This document shows positions 39,830 through 53,300 of a DNA stretch of 64,000 nucleotides, in pieces. The stretch covers positions 43,276,001 to 43,340,000 of the forward strand of contig NC_042999.1 of the NCBI RefSeq assembly GCF_006345805.1, given 5' to 3'. Below the pieces are notes generated by a model, which was not told the DNA's origin, ran no database searches, and saw only the letters and a list, made by a program, of their open reading frames with translations. The translations under genes and the position numbers were made by a program. Positions within the stretch are counted from its first letter, which is position 1; every line of letters starts with the position of its first letter. The DNA comes from Octopus sinensis (taxonomy: Eukaryota).

Positions 39830-40715
39830 ATACAGATGATCAACAACTCTTCAGAGATATAATTTTTGGCCCTGATGCAGGAACAGTCTTTAAGATGAAG
39901 CTTATGGCTGTGAGGCCACAATGAAAATTCAGAGACAATGCAGTTCCAGTATTTCTAAAATACTGAAGGTTTTATTTGTAAGTTTTTCATAAGTAGACAT
40001 GGCATAGTTTGGAGACCAGTGACTATGTTGTTGCCATGTTCCTCAACATTAGAGCATGTTTCCCAAGACTTCTGTTCACAGTAGCAATGCATCATGTCAT
40101 TTCTATATTGTTTGTGAAAATAGCTAATGTACAAAAGAAGTTTTTGATAAATGAAGGAGGACACCAAGTGTGTGTGTGTGTGGAGGGGGGTAAAAGTAAT
40201 AACAGTGAGCATGTCATCGAAGTATAGAAGGAGTATGGCAGATATTAGTCATTCAAGATGATAGATCACTGTTGCCTACAAGCTTTTCCAATAACCAATC
40301 ACTCAATTATGAAGTAATAGTTAACAATACTGTTACTATAGAGATACTATCATAATTTTTCAACACTTAAGATATGTGTACTTTAAGCGATTAAGACATT
40401 GGATTACCAATATATGAGGCAAGTTGAGAGTTCAAATTTGCTACAAGCAATGTCTTGTGATTATGAGGAAGGAAAGACACAAACTTTACATAGCTCAGTT
40501 TATCTTGGTCTAGTTCTAGATATGTAGTTTAAAACATTTCAGTATAAGTTCAAGTATTACCAGAGTATTATTTACCACTATGAAAATAGTCCTCAGTATT
40601 AATTATAAAACAAGTGTGAAAGTAGTCCAGTTTATTATTAACCTTTTTAATATATTATCCCGTATATTGTCATTGAAAAATGTTGAGTAAATATATATTC
40701 AAACAAAAATATACA

Positions 40716-41263
40716 TTGCCATTCATAATGCAGAGATGATTGAAGTAGATAAAAAGAGGGATTACTGTAAAGAAGCCCAAAGCAGTGATGGATTATAACA
40801 ATACGATGGGAGGGATAGATAGAGCCAACCAACACTCAGCTGATTATCCAATTCCAAGGAATAGAAGAAAAAGGTATTATAAGAAAATATTTTTCTATAT
40901 CATTGATCTAGCCTTATGGAACACTATAATCTGTACAAAATGTCCAGAGGGAGCAAAAACCTTTGCGCTTTAGGATTCACGTGATTAAGAAGATCCTGCA
41001 AGAAAACTAACCTAGCATAACATCTTCCAAGCCAGGATACTCAGGAAAGAAACCCTCCTTGGCTTATCTTACAAAAAGATATTTCCCAGATATCATTCCT
41101 TCAACTAAAGAGTCCATCGAGAGTTTGTGCTGTCTACAGTCAGAAAAGAGATGCAGCTGGAAAGATGGTTCGAAAAGAAAGCAGATACTTTTGTCCTGAG
41201 TGTGATGTTGGCCTTTGTGTAGCTCCTTGTTTCAAAATATACCATACATCTCAAGACTTCTAA
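40716..41263 (+). pseudogene. piggyBac (PGBD4-like) transposase C-terminal fossil, frameshifted
   Basis: KPKAVMDYNNTMGGIDRANQ (third catalytic Asp motif YN..MGG.D), KRYYKKIFFYIIDLALWN and the Cys-rich domain RVCAVY...RKESRYFCPECDVGLCVAPCFKIYHTSQDF*. Possible element ends lie near 40642 and 41601. Confidence 0.9.
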
Positions 41264-42543
41264 GAAAACATGAAATATCAGCCATTTCTTTCTTATTTGT
41301 GACAAACAAGTTGTCTTTCTCATATTCTTTTATTATTATTTTTCTTTCAATAATGCATTGTAAAAAGATTTCATGGTAATTTCAATTATTTCATTATTTT
41401 TTTTTTTATTCTCAAAAAAGAAAGCTGAAATAATTTGGGATAAAAATTTCAAGAAAGTCGAGGTGTCGGTAACTTCAAAATAAATTATAACTGATCCAAA
41501 GTAATTTATCTACTTATCCTTCCTTATACACAGATTCAAAATAAATAATTTAAAATATATCTTTTGCATGGTAATTAAAAAAAAATGTGTATGTTAAGAG
41601 GTAAAACACTATAACAGCCTTGAGCAACCAGCAGGACTTTCTAAACAGCATGCCTAACAAAGATTAACTTGAATTTTTTTTAGTAGTGCATCACACCTAA
41701 TGATGAACAATGTCTCATGCAGCCAACTTTTCAAGAAAAATTGCTCGTGTCTACATTCTAACTATAAGGTAACTGTGAAAGTAGTCCAGCATATTAATTA
41801 TTACAAACTCCACAGTGATAAGGCAATTTGTGAAAATAACCCCGTATTTTAATTATTAGAAACTTGATAAGCTTAACCCTTCAGTGTTCGCATCATTCTG
41901 CCAAAATGAATGCTTCTTCATCCACATTGTTTTGAACTAATCATGCATTATCTTGTAGCTATGAGATTTTGATGAGGTAGCTGTTCATTTTTAAAACGAT
42001 ATTGTAGGGTTGGTGTGAGAGACCAGATATGGCCAGTTTGAACATAAAACAAGCAGAATACTTTTGGCCAGATATGGTCGGTTTAAATGCTAAAGGGTTA
42101 AAGCAACTATCACAGTTCTTTTAGATATAGTAATGCTAGTACAGATTACTGGGGAGAGAAGGTGACAAATTTGAGTATTTGCATGTCAAACTAATTATAA
42201 ATTCATACAACTAATTATTATTTCTACCATGAATAAACCAAGTGTTAAACTGTTATGTCAACCAGTCAAGAGCCTATTAGCCCTACCAGTCTGTGGTAGG
42301 CTTTGTGACCATGGTATAGTACTGAAATTCTCCACAACCTATCAGTATTGCCTCAAACCAACAAGACTGCATCTACACAATGGCTCAAACTGCTGGAAAA
42401 GGCAACTGAAATCTCCCTCAAATCAGACATGACTGTTTTGATTGAGAGAGGACACTAAAGTAAAACACACACAAAACAAAAAAGATATGTAATGAAAGTT
42501 TGGACAAATTTTGATCATGGAAATGACCTAAAGCTAAACAACA

Positions 42544-42929
42544 GGTGCAGGAGTGGCTGTGTGGTAAGTAGCTTGGTTACCAACCACATGGTTCCGGGTT
42601 CAGTCCCACTGCGTGGCACCTTGGGCAAGTGTCTTCTACTATAGCCTCGGGCCGACCAAAGCCTTGTGAGTGGATTTGGTAGACAGAAACTGAAAGAAGC
42701 CCATCGTATATATGTATATGTGTGTGTGTTTGTCTACCCCCCCCAACATTGCTTGACAACCAATGCTGGTGTGTTTACATCCCCGTAACTTAGCGGTTTG
42801 GCAAAAGAGACCAATACAATAAGTACTAGGCTTACAAAGAATAAGTCCCGGGGTCAATTTGCTCGACTAAAAGTAGTGCTCCAGCATGGCTGCAGTCAAA
42901 TGACTGAAACAAGTAAAAGAGTAAAGAGT
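42544..42929 (+). mobile_element. Full-length family 1 SINE
   Basis: Same head, core and tail as 12883-13292. Confidence 0.9.
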
Positions 42930-42963
42930 AACAACCAGTAATACTACTACTACTACTACTACC

Positions 42964-43036
<73 letters not shown>

Positions 43037-43100
43037 CTTAAGAGTTTGAAGTGATTTCCACCCTCCCCCATTCCAACTTTCTAATGAAATTTATGGTAAT

Positions 43101-43157
<57 letters not shown>

Positions 43158-43204
43158 ATTAAGCAAACAAGACTGAAGTGAATTCTGAGAATTTGCATTC
43201 TCAC

Positions 43205-43234
43205 TTTCTGCAAATAAGTATTACATTGAAATTC
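43205..43234 (-). CDS. Candidate 30-nt microexon (EFQCNTYLQK, phase 0)
   Basis: cttaactatcttttgttttgtgcag|GAATTTCAATGTAATACTTATTTGCAGAAA|gtgaga; in frame with the 24-nt exon. Confidence 0.4.
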
Positions 43235-43690
43235 CTGCACAAAACAAAAGATAGTTAAGTAATGTAATTGTAAATGAGAAATAGATGAATAAATAACAAA
43301 AAAGAAAAGTGAGTGTGAATGTCTGAGTGGAAGGAAGAGGAGAAGGAGGGACAGGAGGATAGGTAAAAGGAGAAGGCAAGACAATGAGGAAAAATTAGAC
43401 GAAAGGAGCTTATATTCTGAAGAACAAATGAAACAGTTCAAAAAAAAAAAAAAAAAGATAATATAAAAGAATTGGTGGGATGCTAATCATTTCCAGTGGA
43501 AGTTTTTTTTTTTTTTTTTCCTCTGAATAAATTTTTAAAAATAAACAAAAAAAAAATAAAGTTTCACCTGACAATAATTGAAGTAGGTAGGTGGGTGGGT
43601 GGATGGGTGTGTTGAAGATGAAAGAAATAAAACAGCAATTCAAAAATACTGCTATATAGTCATAATGAATTGGGAAATAAATGGTGGACA

Positions 43691-43721
<31 letters not shown>

Positions 43722-43859
43722 ATATTTATATATACCTGAATACATGGATGTTAAATATTTCATACAATATGAGTCTGTAGAGGGATAGATGTAGATAAAT
43801 ATATATGCAGGTATATCAATAATACACATACATACATTAATACATAAATATACGGGCAT

Positions 43860-43917
<58 letters not shown>

Positions 43918-43935
43918 ACATGACTGTACCTAAAC

Positions 43936-43984
<49 letters not shown>

Positions 43985-44034
43985 CACAAACACATGTATC
44001 TATCTATCTATAGATAGATACATGTGTTTGAATC

Positions 44035-44067
<33 letters not shown>

Positions 44068-44478
44068 GAATAAAGAATGTGTAGTGGCTAGCAATCTATC
44101 ACGTATATATATATGAATATATACATATGAATATTATATATACACACATATATACATACATGTATCTGAATAGACATAAATGTATGTACATAAATACGTA
44201 CACACAGATACATACATTTATATACACAGACATAAATGTATGTACAGAGATATATATACTTGTATGTACATACATAACTACATGTTTGAAAAGTGTTCAT
44301 ACACATATGGATCTATGTTCATACATCTAGGTACCTTCAATACATACAAGCATTTCTACAGATACATACATGTACAAAGGTATATACATGTACAGGTGAA
44401 AGCATACATGTGTAGACATACCTATACCTCTATAGATACATGTAAATGTATATGCATGTATGTAGACATGTATATATC

Positions 44479-44516
<38 letters not shown>

Positions 44517-44695
44517 TACATACTTTGCCTGTGTATGTGAACAGATGCATTAAATTTGTGTTTAAATATATATGATGCTGATATATTCTTTGTATATTTT
44601 TCTGATGTGTGTATGTGTGTCTGTTAGTGTATTCATTATATTCAGACAGTATAGATACACTAAAATATATAAGCATATTATACACAGAGACATAG

Positions 44696-44727
<32 letters not shown>

Positions 44728-44838
44728 GATATACTTAAGTGCATTATAAAAAATGCGTAAATGAATGAATGTGTGAATGTACATGTGTGTGTCTGGTTAC
44801 ATATACACATAAACACCAGCACATACACACACACTCAC

Positions 44839-44862
44839 GTTCAACAGACGTATACATTTAAA
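44839..44862 (-). CDS. Candidate 24-nt microexon (FKCIRLLN, phase 0)
   Basis: ttgtaatttcag|TTTAAATGTATACGTCTGTTGAAC|gtgagt; only one frame is open. Confidence 0.4.
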
Positions 44863-45197
44863 CTGAAATTACAACACACATACACAAAAGAGAAATTCAG
44901 TTGCTAACAGAATTTTTGTAACTAAGCAGAAAACCATGGTAACGAAGATTCAGAGCAACAAACAAACAACAGACTGCTCAACAGCACCAACCAGCAGTGC
45001 ATGACAATATATTTCTAGAAGATAAACATATTTTACAGCAGGAGGGAGAGAGGTAGGAGAGAGAGAATGTATGTCTGTTGATAAAGAAGAGTTCCATACC
45101 ACAGCATCAGAGATAAACAAGTAAGCTTCCTATGAAGTCACTCATGTTGCTGAAAATAGCAGCCATGCCTCCCTCAAACCATACCTTACTACTTTAA

Positions 45198-45479
45198 CTC
45201 TTTCAATACCAACATGCATGAGACTGCCTGTCGTTTTATGGAACAAGCTTCCTGTTTGTTTTAAAACGATCTAAATTAAAACTGCTCATTAAAATTTCAT
45301 GCTAATTTAAGTTCCAAATACCAGCTTAAAATGAACTAAATTAAATCCTTCCATAGAAATTCCATATTAACTTGTATTCGAAATTCCAGTTTAATAATAA
45401 TAAAGTTATTTGACTAAATTTTTCAAAATTAATTATAACAAAGACAATGTATTTTAACAGGAATTTGGTAACAAAAGGG
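45198..45479. mobile_element. piggyBac-type MITE (family C)
   Basis: ttaa|ctctttcaatacc ... ggtaacaaaaggg|ttaa. Related copies at 33390-33610 and 46838-47469. Confidence 0.75.
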
Positions 45480-46960
45480 TTAACATCATTACCAGCCCAT
45501 CATATCTGGTCTTTAGATGCCCTCTGTTACAAGTACTTGAACCATATCACTGATTTGAGGGTAACTCAATATCTTGGAATAATGTTTCTTAATGCAACAA
45601 ACTAGGAGTTCTATCCGGGAAGTGGAGAGGGTTCTTCTTTTCTCCCCAACATTCTCAAAGACCTACAAAGGTCACTGATGCCACCTTTTTTATTTATTTA
45701 TTTACAAAACTTCAATAAAAAGCAAAGTAAAAATCTAGCTGGTAGGCACCCTACAGACCCTACTTTGTAATCACACACAGGATACATTATCTGATAATTC
45801 TTCCCTAGAACATAAACTATATATGCAACACTGAAATTTCATTCTCAATGAGCTAATGAGGATTTCTACATGGTAGGTTGATCTGCTAGAAACAACAGCT
45901 AAATTCTCGTTGTTTAAAGCCGAAAAAGAAAAACACGAAAATCCTAAAATCAAGGGACCATGTAAAAGAAGTACTTGTGTAGATGATGGCGCCATGTAAA
46001 AAAAATCCAGTGGCTGGCATTAGGAAGGGCATCCAGCTGTAGGAAGAAAGTCAAAACAGGCTATGGAATCTAGTGCAATCCCTGGCCTTCCCAGTTCCTG
46101 TCAAGTCATTCCAACCATGCCAGCATGAAAAACAGGCATTAAATGATGATGATCATGATGATAGTTCTTGGTACTTAAGTTCATTTAAAATGCGGTTTAA
46201 TATCTTATTTGTTGTTATTTACCCTTTAAACAATTTCTCCATCAGTGTATTCTTGACCACCTTCAGATGCTTGTATTTCCTACACAAATAACATTTCTTA
46301 AAGTTACATCTTAAACTCACAACTGTGTTCAGCAGGTCATTCAATGCACTCTCATCTGCTCAGCTATAATTCAATAGTTCAAATAGTTTACTATTTAATA
46401 ACTCATCACATACAGAAGTGCAGGCATGGCTGTGTGGTAAGAAGCTTGCTACCCAACCTCATGGTTCCAAGTTCAGTCTCACTGCATGTCACCTTGGATA
46501 AATGTCTACTATAGCCTCAGACCAACCAAAACCTTGTGAGTGAATATGGCAGACAGAAATGGAAAGAAATCCATCATGTGTGTGTGTGTGTGTGTGTCCC
46601 CATCCTTCATCACTGCTTGACAACTGGTGTCGGTGTGTTTACGCTCCCCCCCCCATCACCTAGTGGTTCAGCAAAAAAGACTAACAGAATAAGTACCAGG
46701 TTTAAAAAGATAAGTGTTGGGGGTCAATTTGTTCAATTAAAACCTCTCAAGGTGGTGCCCCAGCATGGCCACAGTCTAATAACTGCAATAAGTAAATGAT
46801 AAAAGACACAAAAATATATAAAAACAATGCTCATTAACCCTTTTAACATCAATCCATGTGAGACCACCACTGGTTCTATGACTCAAACTTGCTGTTTTAA
46901 AGGGATCAGAGCCTTCAATTAAAACTTCTTGCTAATTTATGTTTCTAAATATCAGCTTAA

Positions 46961-47372
46961 TCTCTATATATAATCTATATATATAAAGCTGAAGTTGTCT
47001 GTGTGTGTGTGTGTGGCAGGTTTGGTAGCCTTCAACTAACACTATCTCCTTCAAGACCCTGCAGCACAAGTTGACCAAAATTGAGAGTATGATAGAGGGC
47101 TTGTTCTTCCTTCCGTAGAAGAAAAAAATCAAATTGGACCATGTTAACACCAAGCATTATTTACATCAAAAAGGTGCTTTTTTTTTCTATGAAAATCCCT
47201 ATTTTTTTACGATTTTTTGTGTCGCCATTTTTCGGTGAATTTCAACCAGAAAAATGTTCACTTAAAGAGAATAACAAGCTACATAATGCAAAATGTTTAC
47301 TTTTCAAAAATTCAAATTCTAAAGGGTCGAAAAAAAAAAGCAAACTCGAGCAATGCCGGGCTATACTCCTAG
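46961..47372 (+). mobile_element. Non-autonomous Helitron inserted into a family C MITE
   Basis: Starts TC(tctatata) after an A and ends CTAG before a T. A GC-rich hairpin ctcgagcaatgccggg (47345-47360) lies 8 nt before the CTAG. Removing the insert restores host cagcttaa|taatg. Confidence 0.8.
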
Positions 47373-47788
47373 TAATGGATAAAGGTATTTTACTAAATTT
47401 TTCATTATTTTCAAAATTAACTGAAACAACACGTGGTGTATTTATAATAGAAATACAGTAACAAAAGATTTAACTGTTACACTTATGGTTGTGACTATCC
47501 CATCTTTATAAGAATATCTATGATCACATTATTCAATGTATTTAAAATGGTAGAGTGTGATTTGAGGGCAATTTGGCTGCTATTTGCAACAGGTTTTCTT
47601 TTGCATATGTGAATTACAATCAACGAGAGTCCTCTATGCTGAGTGATTAGATAGAGGTTCCACACAGATTAGATTTCTTGCAAACTGAAAGGAATTCGGG
47701 CCCTAATTTATAAAACAAATGAGAGACTGCCACATTCTAATTAATCAACCATAATATAATAATGGCACTTAATTTACTGCTAAGTGAA

Positions 47789-48118
47789 GGCACAGGGCTC
47801 AGTGGTTAGAGCTTCAAGCTCACGAGCATGAGGTAGTGAGTGGTTCCCAGACTGGGCTATGTGTTGCGTTCTTGAGCAAGATACTTTATTTCATGTTGCT
47901 CCAGTTCACACACCTGTAGAAATGAGTTGTGATGTCACTGGTGTTAAGTTGTATCGGTGTTTGCCTTTCCTTTGGATAACATCAGTGGCACAAAGAGGGG
48001 AAGCTGGTATGCATAGGCAACTGCTGGTCTTCTATAAACAACCTTACCCAGACTTGCACTTTAGAGGGGAATTTTCTAGGTGCAATCCCATGGTCATTCA
48101 TGACCAAAGGGCATCTTC
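47789..48118 (+). mobile_element. tRNA-derived CORE-like SINE (family 4)
   Basis: ggcacagggctcagtggttagagc head and gcgttcttgagcaagatactttat core. Confidence 0.85.
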
Positions 48119-49529
48119 ATTTATTTAATTCATTGCTAAAAAAATCACACTCATACGTGTGTGTGTGTGTGTGTGTATACACACATATATATAGTCATGA
48201 TAAAGAGCCAAATATGAAAATAACTAACTAGGATGAATATTAGATGAACATAATACAAGCAAATTAATCTGAGGTGACATCACATGCCCATATGAATGAG
48301 GAAGAGGGTGGGAAAGGGTCACTAAAACATTTTCCCCCAGACTCTTGGATGAAGTAATAATATGGATAATTAACAAGGTTAAGTTAATGACAGATTCTAG
48401 AACAGCAAGTTTCACCCTCTTTTTTATATTTATATCAAGTACACTGAATATGGTACTAAAAGTATATAGCACTTTATTACTATTCTTACAAAAGGGGGGG
48501 GGGCGAGAAGGATGCATGCATTATATTTTATCACAAAAGAACTTATACAAATGCACTGGTGTGGTACATTATAAAGACTCAAATTTCCTAAAACTTAATG
48601 GTATTTTCCAATTTGCCTCAAAAACTTGTGACATACACATATGGCACACAAGTATACTGTAGCACTATTGGAATGTCTACTCAGAAAATTTATTAGAACA
48701 ACTTTTTTTGTGAAGAGTCAAGTTGTTGTCATGTGATTGTTTACAGATGCCACTGCTTAGCCCCAGGTCAACCCTGGCTTAGCAAACCTACTATCAACAA
48801 AGGCATTCCAACCATGACCATTCTGTTATTTTTTTACTTACTATTTCTTTATATATCCAGGGCTAATTTTAATGCTTTTCACTTTCTTAGACAAGAGGCT
48901 GTATTTGAAGGAATCTGTCGACTATTACTTCTAGGAAGTAACTGCCTGAAGGCTCCCCTCAATGGCTCACATGTGTGCATAAGGAGAGAGGGGGGGGACA
49001 TCTTTTGTGATGTGTGCATAGGTATGTACGATCTCTATTAAAGTGTGTATGTGTTTGTGCATGTGGGAAAATATACATCAGAGGGAAAGGATGTGCAGAG
49101 GGAAGAATTTTGATTTGTTTTTATCTTTTAAGTATTCCCACCACAAAAGAAAATTTCTTTGAAATATTAAAAAAAAAAATGAAATATTTATATCAACAAT
49201 GAATCTGCTAACACAAAAATTTGTTCCTCAGCAAATGTGAATAGCAGACAGCAGGAATAATGCATCCAATGTGCAAACAGATTACATCATTGCAGCAGTT
49301 GGATTCCAGTTGCCAGGGTACCAGGGAATACCGACAACATGACTATTTATTGATACTAACTGAAAATGGTGAATAGAGACAGTGGTGGTGGCAGTAGTAG
49401 TAGTTGTAACAAGAATATTCTCAAAACTATAATGATGATGGTGATGATGATTTCTAACATGGTAACAAAGCTGAAAATATTGGTGGAGGGGGGATGGGGA
49501 GAGCATGCTACAGTTGTTTTAATTGATGA

Positions 49530-50390
49530 ATATGAATGACTAGTGCTTTCTTTCACTGACCCAGGAAGGTCAGAAGGAAAAGCTAACCCTGATGGGATTT
49601 GAACTCAGTGCATAAAATTAATAACAACAATAATAAATTATAATAATAATAATAATAATAAATAATCCTCTCTACTAAAGGCACAAGTACTGAAATTTTT
49701 GCAGGAAGGGACTAGCTGATTACATTGAACCCAGTGTTTCACTGGTACTTAATCTATCGATCCCAAAAAGATGAAAGGCAAAGTCAACCTCAGTGGAATT
49801 TGAACTCAGAACGTATGGACAAACAAAAACATTTTGCCTGGCGTGCCAACAATTCTGCCAGCTAGTAGTAGTGGTGGTGGTGGTGGTGGTGGTAGTGGTG
49901 GTGGTGGTGGTGGTAGTAGTAGTAGTAGTAGTCCTTTTTACTAAATGTGCAAGGACTGAAATTTTAAGGGAGGGGACTAGTTGATTATATTGACCCCAGT
50001 GTTTCACTAGTACTTAATCTATTGACCCCCAAAAGGATGAAAGTCAAAGTCAACCTAAGTAGAATTTGAACTGAGAATGTAAAGATGGAACTCAGAATGT
50101 AAGGACGCTAAGCTTTTAGCCTGGCATGCGAACGATTCTGCCAGCTCGCCACCTTAATAATAATAATCATAATAATCCTTTCTACTGAAGGCACAAGGAC
50201 TGGGAGAGGACTAGTTGATTATATGGACCCCAGTATTTCACTGGTACTTAATTTTTTGACCCCAAAAGGATGAAAGGCAAAGTTGACCTTGGCAGAATTT
50301 GAACTCAGAACGGAGCAACAGGTGAAATACTGCTAAACATTTCATCTAGCATGCTACTGATTCTGTCAGCTCACTGTCTTAATAATATTA
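49530..50390 (-). mobile_element. Cluster of four co-oriented family 2 (tail A) SINEs in (AAT)n/(GTA)n tracts
   Basis: Repeated aatcctttctact.aaggcacaagg tails. Similar clusters at 29230-29810, 32690-33400 and 61250-62130. Confidence 0.8.
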
Positions 50391-53300
50391 ATAATATTAA
50401 TAATTATTAATAATAATTAATAATATTAATAATTATTAATAATAATAATAATAATAATTAATAATAATAAAGATTCCTAACATTGCGCTACAACATGTAA
50501 CCTTAGATGCCAAGAACCTTCTTAAGTATCCTAACTGTGCCTGATCATATCGTTCTCTGGAGCTGCCCCAAACCAGATTTTATGCCTATTTCCTCTATCC
50601 ATCTGTTCAAATTTTTAGGGATATTTCCTATTGCACCTGTAACTACAGGGATTAATTTTACCCGCACTTTCAATAGCCTCTCCAACAGTTAAATCTGTTG
50701 TGCGCATCACCATCACCATTATTATCATTTAACGTCCATCATCTATGTATGCTTGGGTAGGATGGTTGACAGGAGCTGGCCAGGTAGAAAATGTACTCAA
50801 AGCTACTGTGTCTATTTTGGCAGGGATTTTATGGTTGGATGCCATTCCTAATACCAACCACTCTGCTGAGTGGACCCAGTGCTTTTTACATGACACTAGC
50901 ACAGGTGAACTTAGTTTTGGCAAGATTTTTACAGGTGGATGCCCTTCCAGATGCCAACCATATTTCAGTGTGGACTGGATGCTTTTAACATGTCACCAGC
51001 ACTAACTCATAAGAGTGTATGAAGTGCATTTTACCATAGCACCAACACTAGAGAGGTTGTCATGTTTTCAACTGGACAGGCAAGACTGAATAATTGTCTT
51101 GACCCTATGTTTTCTCTACTTATCAGCTAATTTACAGAATGCACTGGTGCATTTTACGGTTATACCCATATTAATGAGGTTGCCTTGTACCCTTAAAAAT
51201 GGGATCTTACTATATTATGTTCATTGGGAGCAAAAGAACCAACAGAAAAGATGAAATTTAGAGATGATGAACTAAATACAAAGTGAGAAAGAAACTATAA
51301 GATGGGATAGAACATAAAGTGATAAAAGTGACAATGTGGAAGAGGCATTGAATTCCACTTTGCCTTTCATCCTTTTGGGGTCAAGAGATTAAGTACCAGT
51401 GAAACACTGGGGTCAATGTAATCAACTAGTCCCCTCCTCTAAAATTTCAGTACTTGTGCCTTTAATAGAAAGGATTATTATTAGTATTATTATTGTTGTT
51501 GTTATTAATTTTATGCACTGAGTTCCTATCTCACCAGGGTTAGCTTTTCCTTTTGACCTTCCTGGGTCAGTGAAACAAAACACCAGTCATTCAAATTCAC
51601 CATTTAAAACAATTGTAGCATGCTCTCCCTTTCCCCACCTCCACCAAAATGAAGAGATAATAAGTATAATTTCTTTTATTTGCTACAATGTCCACAGATG
51701 GAGGCAAAGGAAACATTTACAAGGATAAATTACGAAAAGTGATAGGTGGGGTTACCATAGAGTGTTATATGGAATGATGATGAAGATAACAACTGACATG
51801 AGCTCAAATTTTGGGGGAAGAAAACAGGTAAATTAAATCAAACCTCAGTACTTGACTGGTACTTATTTTATCAACTGCCCTCCATAAGGATGGTTAGCAA
51901 AGTTAACTAAAACTGGAATCATGAATAAAGTGAGGGGAGGAAAAAATTAGCTCAAGGCTAATATTAAATTCATCTGGTCTTTATCCAACACAATAATAAT
52001 TCTGGACATGCTTCAGTCTTATTAGACCTCACCAGCAAAGAGTAGTGTTTGATTAATTTCTAAATTACATAGCCATACATACACCTATGTTTAACTTGGC
52101 CTTTAGCATTCAGATTATTTTGTCAAATGAAATTCTTATTTATTCACATTCTTTTGAATTAATCATGCATTATCTTGTAGCTTCGAGAATCCAATAATAT
52201 GACTGTTTATGTTTAGAATGACATTGTACAGTAGGTGTGAGAGGCCAGACGTGGCCAGTTTAAATGTCTATGGGTTAAAACTCTAAGTAAATTTCTGTTT
52301 ACTTTTGAAGTAAAGAAATACATTATCTCTCCTACTTCTCCCACATTAGGTTCACACAAATCTAGTTTAATATCTCATTGCCTGTTATTGTTTACCCTTT
52401 AAACAATTTCTCCATCAGTGTATTCTTGGCCAATTTAAGGTGCTCATATTTCCTACACATATAACATTTCCCACGGTTACATCTTAAACTGACAGCTGTT
52501 TTCATTCAACAGGTCACTGAATGCCCTTTCCTCTTCCACATTGTCACTTTTATCACTTCGTTCTCCATCTCCTCGTATTACAGCTTCTTTCTCGCTTTCT
52601 ATTTAGTTCATCATCTCCAAATATCATCTCTTCCGTTGGTTCTTTTGCCCCCAATGAACATAACATAGTATGGTCCCATTTTTTTGAGGGTACAAGGCAA
52701 CCTCATTAATATGGGTATTAATCAAACACTACTCTTTGCTGGTGAGGTCTAATAAGGCTGAAGCATGTCCAGAATTATTATTGTGTGGGATAAAATGTAC
52801 CAGTAAACTCTGTCTTGACCCTATGTTTTCTCCATTTGTTTATCAACTAATTTACAATCATTCACTCATGTCTGTCCAGTTGAAAATGTGACAAACCTCT
52901 CTTGTACTAATGCTATGATAAAATGCACCTCATACACTCTGCAAAGTAGCCGGTATTGGGAAGGATATGTAGTTATAGAAACCATACCAAAACAAAACAT
53001 GGCCCCTGGCCAATCTAGTAGGGCTGTAATTCTGACTGAGAGCTAACTTAGATTGTGGCGACTCAGCCAACATAAACCAATATGGAAAGCAGGTATAAAA
53101 TATGAATACAGGTATTAAATGAGAGAATATGACTGTCACAGAGCCTCATTTTATATATGTTTTAGTTAAGCCATTTTTGTGGCTATATTTCTTATATACT
53201 TCCTCTATATTTTTAAGTGATTATTTTTCAAAATAATCCAGATTTTGAAAAAGTTTAGTAAAACCACAATAAAAGTAAAAATTATATTAGAACACCATAT

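Noticed and set aside
43760-44834. Many overlapping Y/I/C/V/H/T-rich ORFs
   Set aside because: (TA)n/(CA)n microsatellite translations, as are most other ORFs in the track.
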